Shown one piece after another: positions 20,685 to 20,902 of a stretch of DNA of 20,902 nt (the stretch's first letter is position 1; each line of letters begins with the position of its first letter). The notes under the pieces were generated by a model. The model was given only the letters and a program-made list of their open reading frames with translations, did not search any database and was not told the origin of the DNA. Position numbers and translations under genes: made by a program. This stretch comes from Methanobacteriaceae archaeon. GTDB lineage: Archaea; Methanobacteriota; Methanobacteria; Methanobacteriales; Methanobacteriaceae. The stretch spans positions 1 through 20,902 of the forward strand of contig PWMT01000017.1 of assembly GCA_003558085.1 (NCBI GenBank), in the 5' to 3' direction.

Positions 20685-20902
20685 ATGGACCCTATGATAA
20701 CAGGATTAGGTGTTGTTGCTCTTATGGGAGCAGCTGCAACCATTGCTGGTGCTGCAGAGGATTTAGAAACTGATATAGGATCTCAAAGTAACCCTAACTC
20801 TCAGGTTCAGTTAGCGCCGCAGATGGGACATCTGCACCGAATGATCAACAAAGCTATCTCCGGTGAACCAGTATCTTACGGGGCTTGGTGTGCTATAGCC
20901 GG
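20685..20902 (+). CDS. mtrE: Tetrahydromethanopterin S-methyltransferase subunit E (5' part; runs off the window)
   Basis: MDPMITGLGVVALMGAAATIAGAAEDLETDIGSQSNPNSQVQLAPQMGHLHRMINKAISGEP. SD AGGAGG. Confidence 0.97.
   Translation, partial: MDPMITGLGVVALMGAAATIAGAAEDLETDIGSQSNPNSQVQLAPQMGHLHRMINKAISGEPVSYGAWCAIA

Overview
AT-rich methanogen DNA; gene content and protein sequences point to Methanobacteriales. The right two-thirds is core methanogenesis and housekeeping sequence: a complete mcrBDCGA (MCR I type) operon followed by the 5' end of mtrE, a divergent mmp10, a metallophosphoesterase, mmp7 with a coupled hypothetical gene, comB, a TraB/GumN gene, DUF1922 plus a GTPBP1/2-type translational GTPase, a TtuA/Ncs6-like tRNA thiolase, an MTH1187-family gene, a DegT aminotransferase and a CPBP protease. 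The first ~3 kb is accessory: the end of an IS1182-like element, a GC-rich patch (alpha/beta hydrolase, SnoaL-like protein, possible gene remnant) and a frameshifted CMD/AhpD-like gene lacking CxxC. I found no CRISPR array, rRNA or tRNA, and no clear multi-gene novel system. The best leads are a structured, possibly switch-like ~135-nt mcrB leader with an anti-SD, a hairpin and uORF upstream of the TraB gene, the hypothetical gene coupled to mmp7, and the mosaic foreign island. Family calls come from motif recognition by eye, not database searches.
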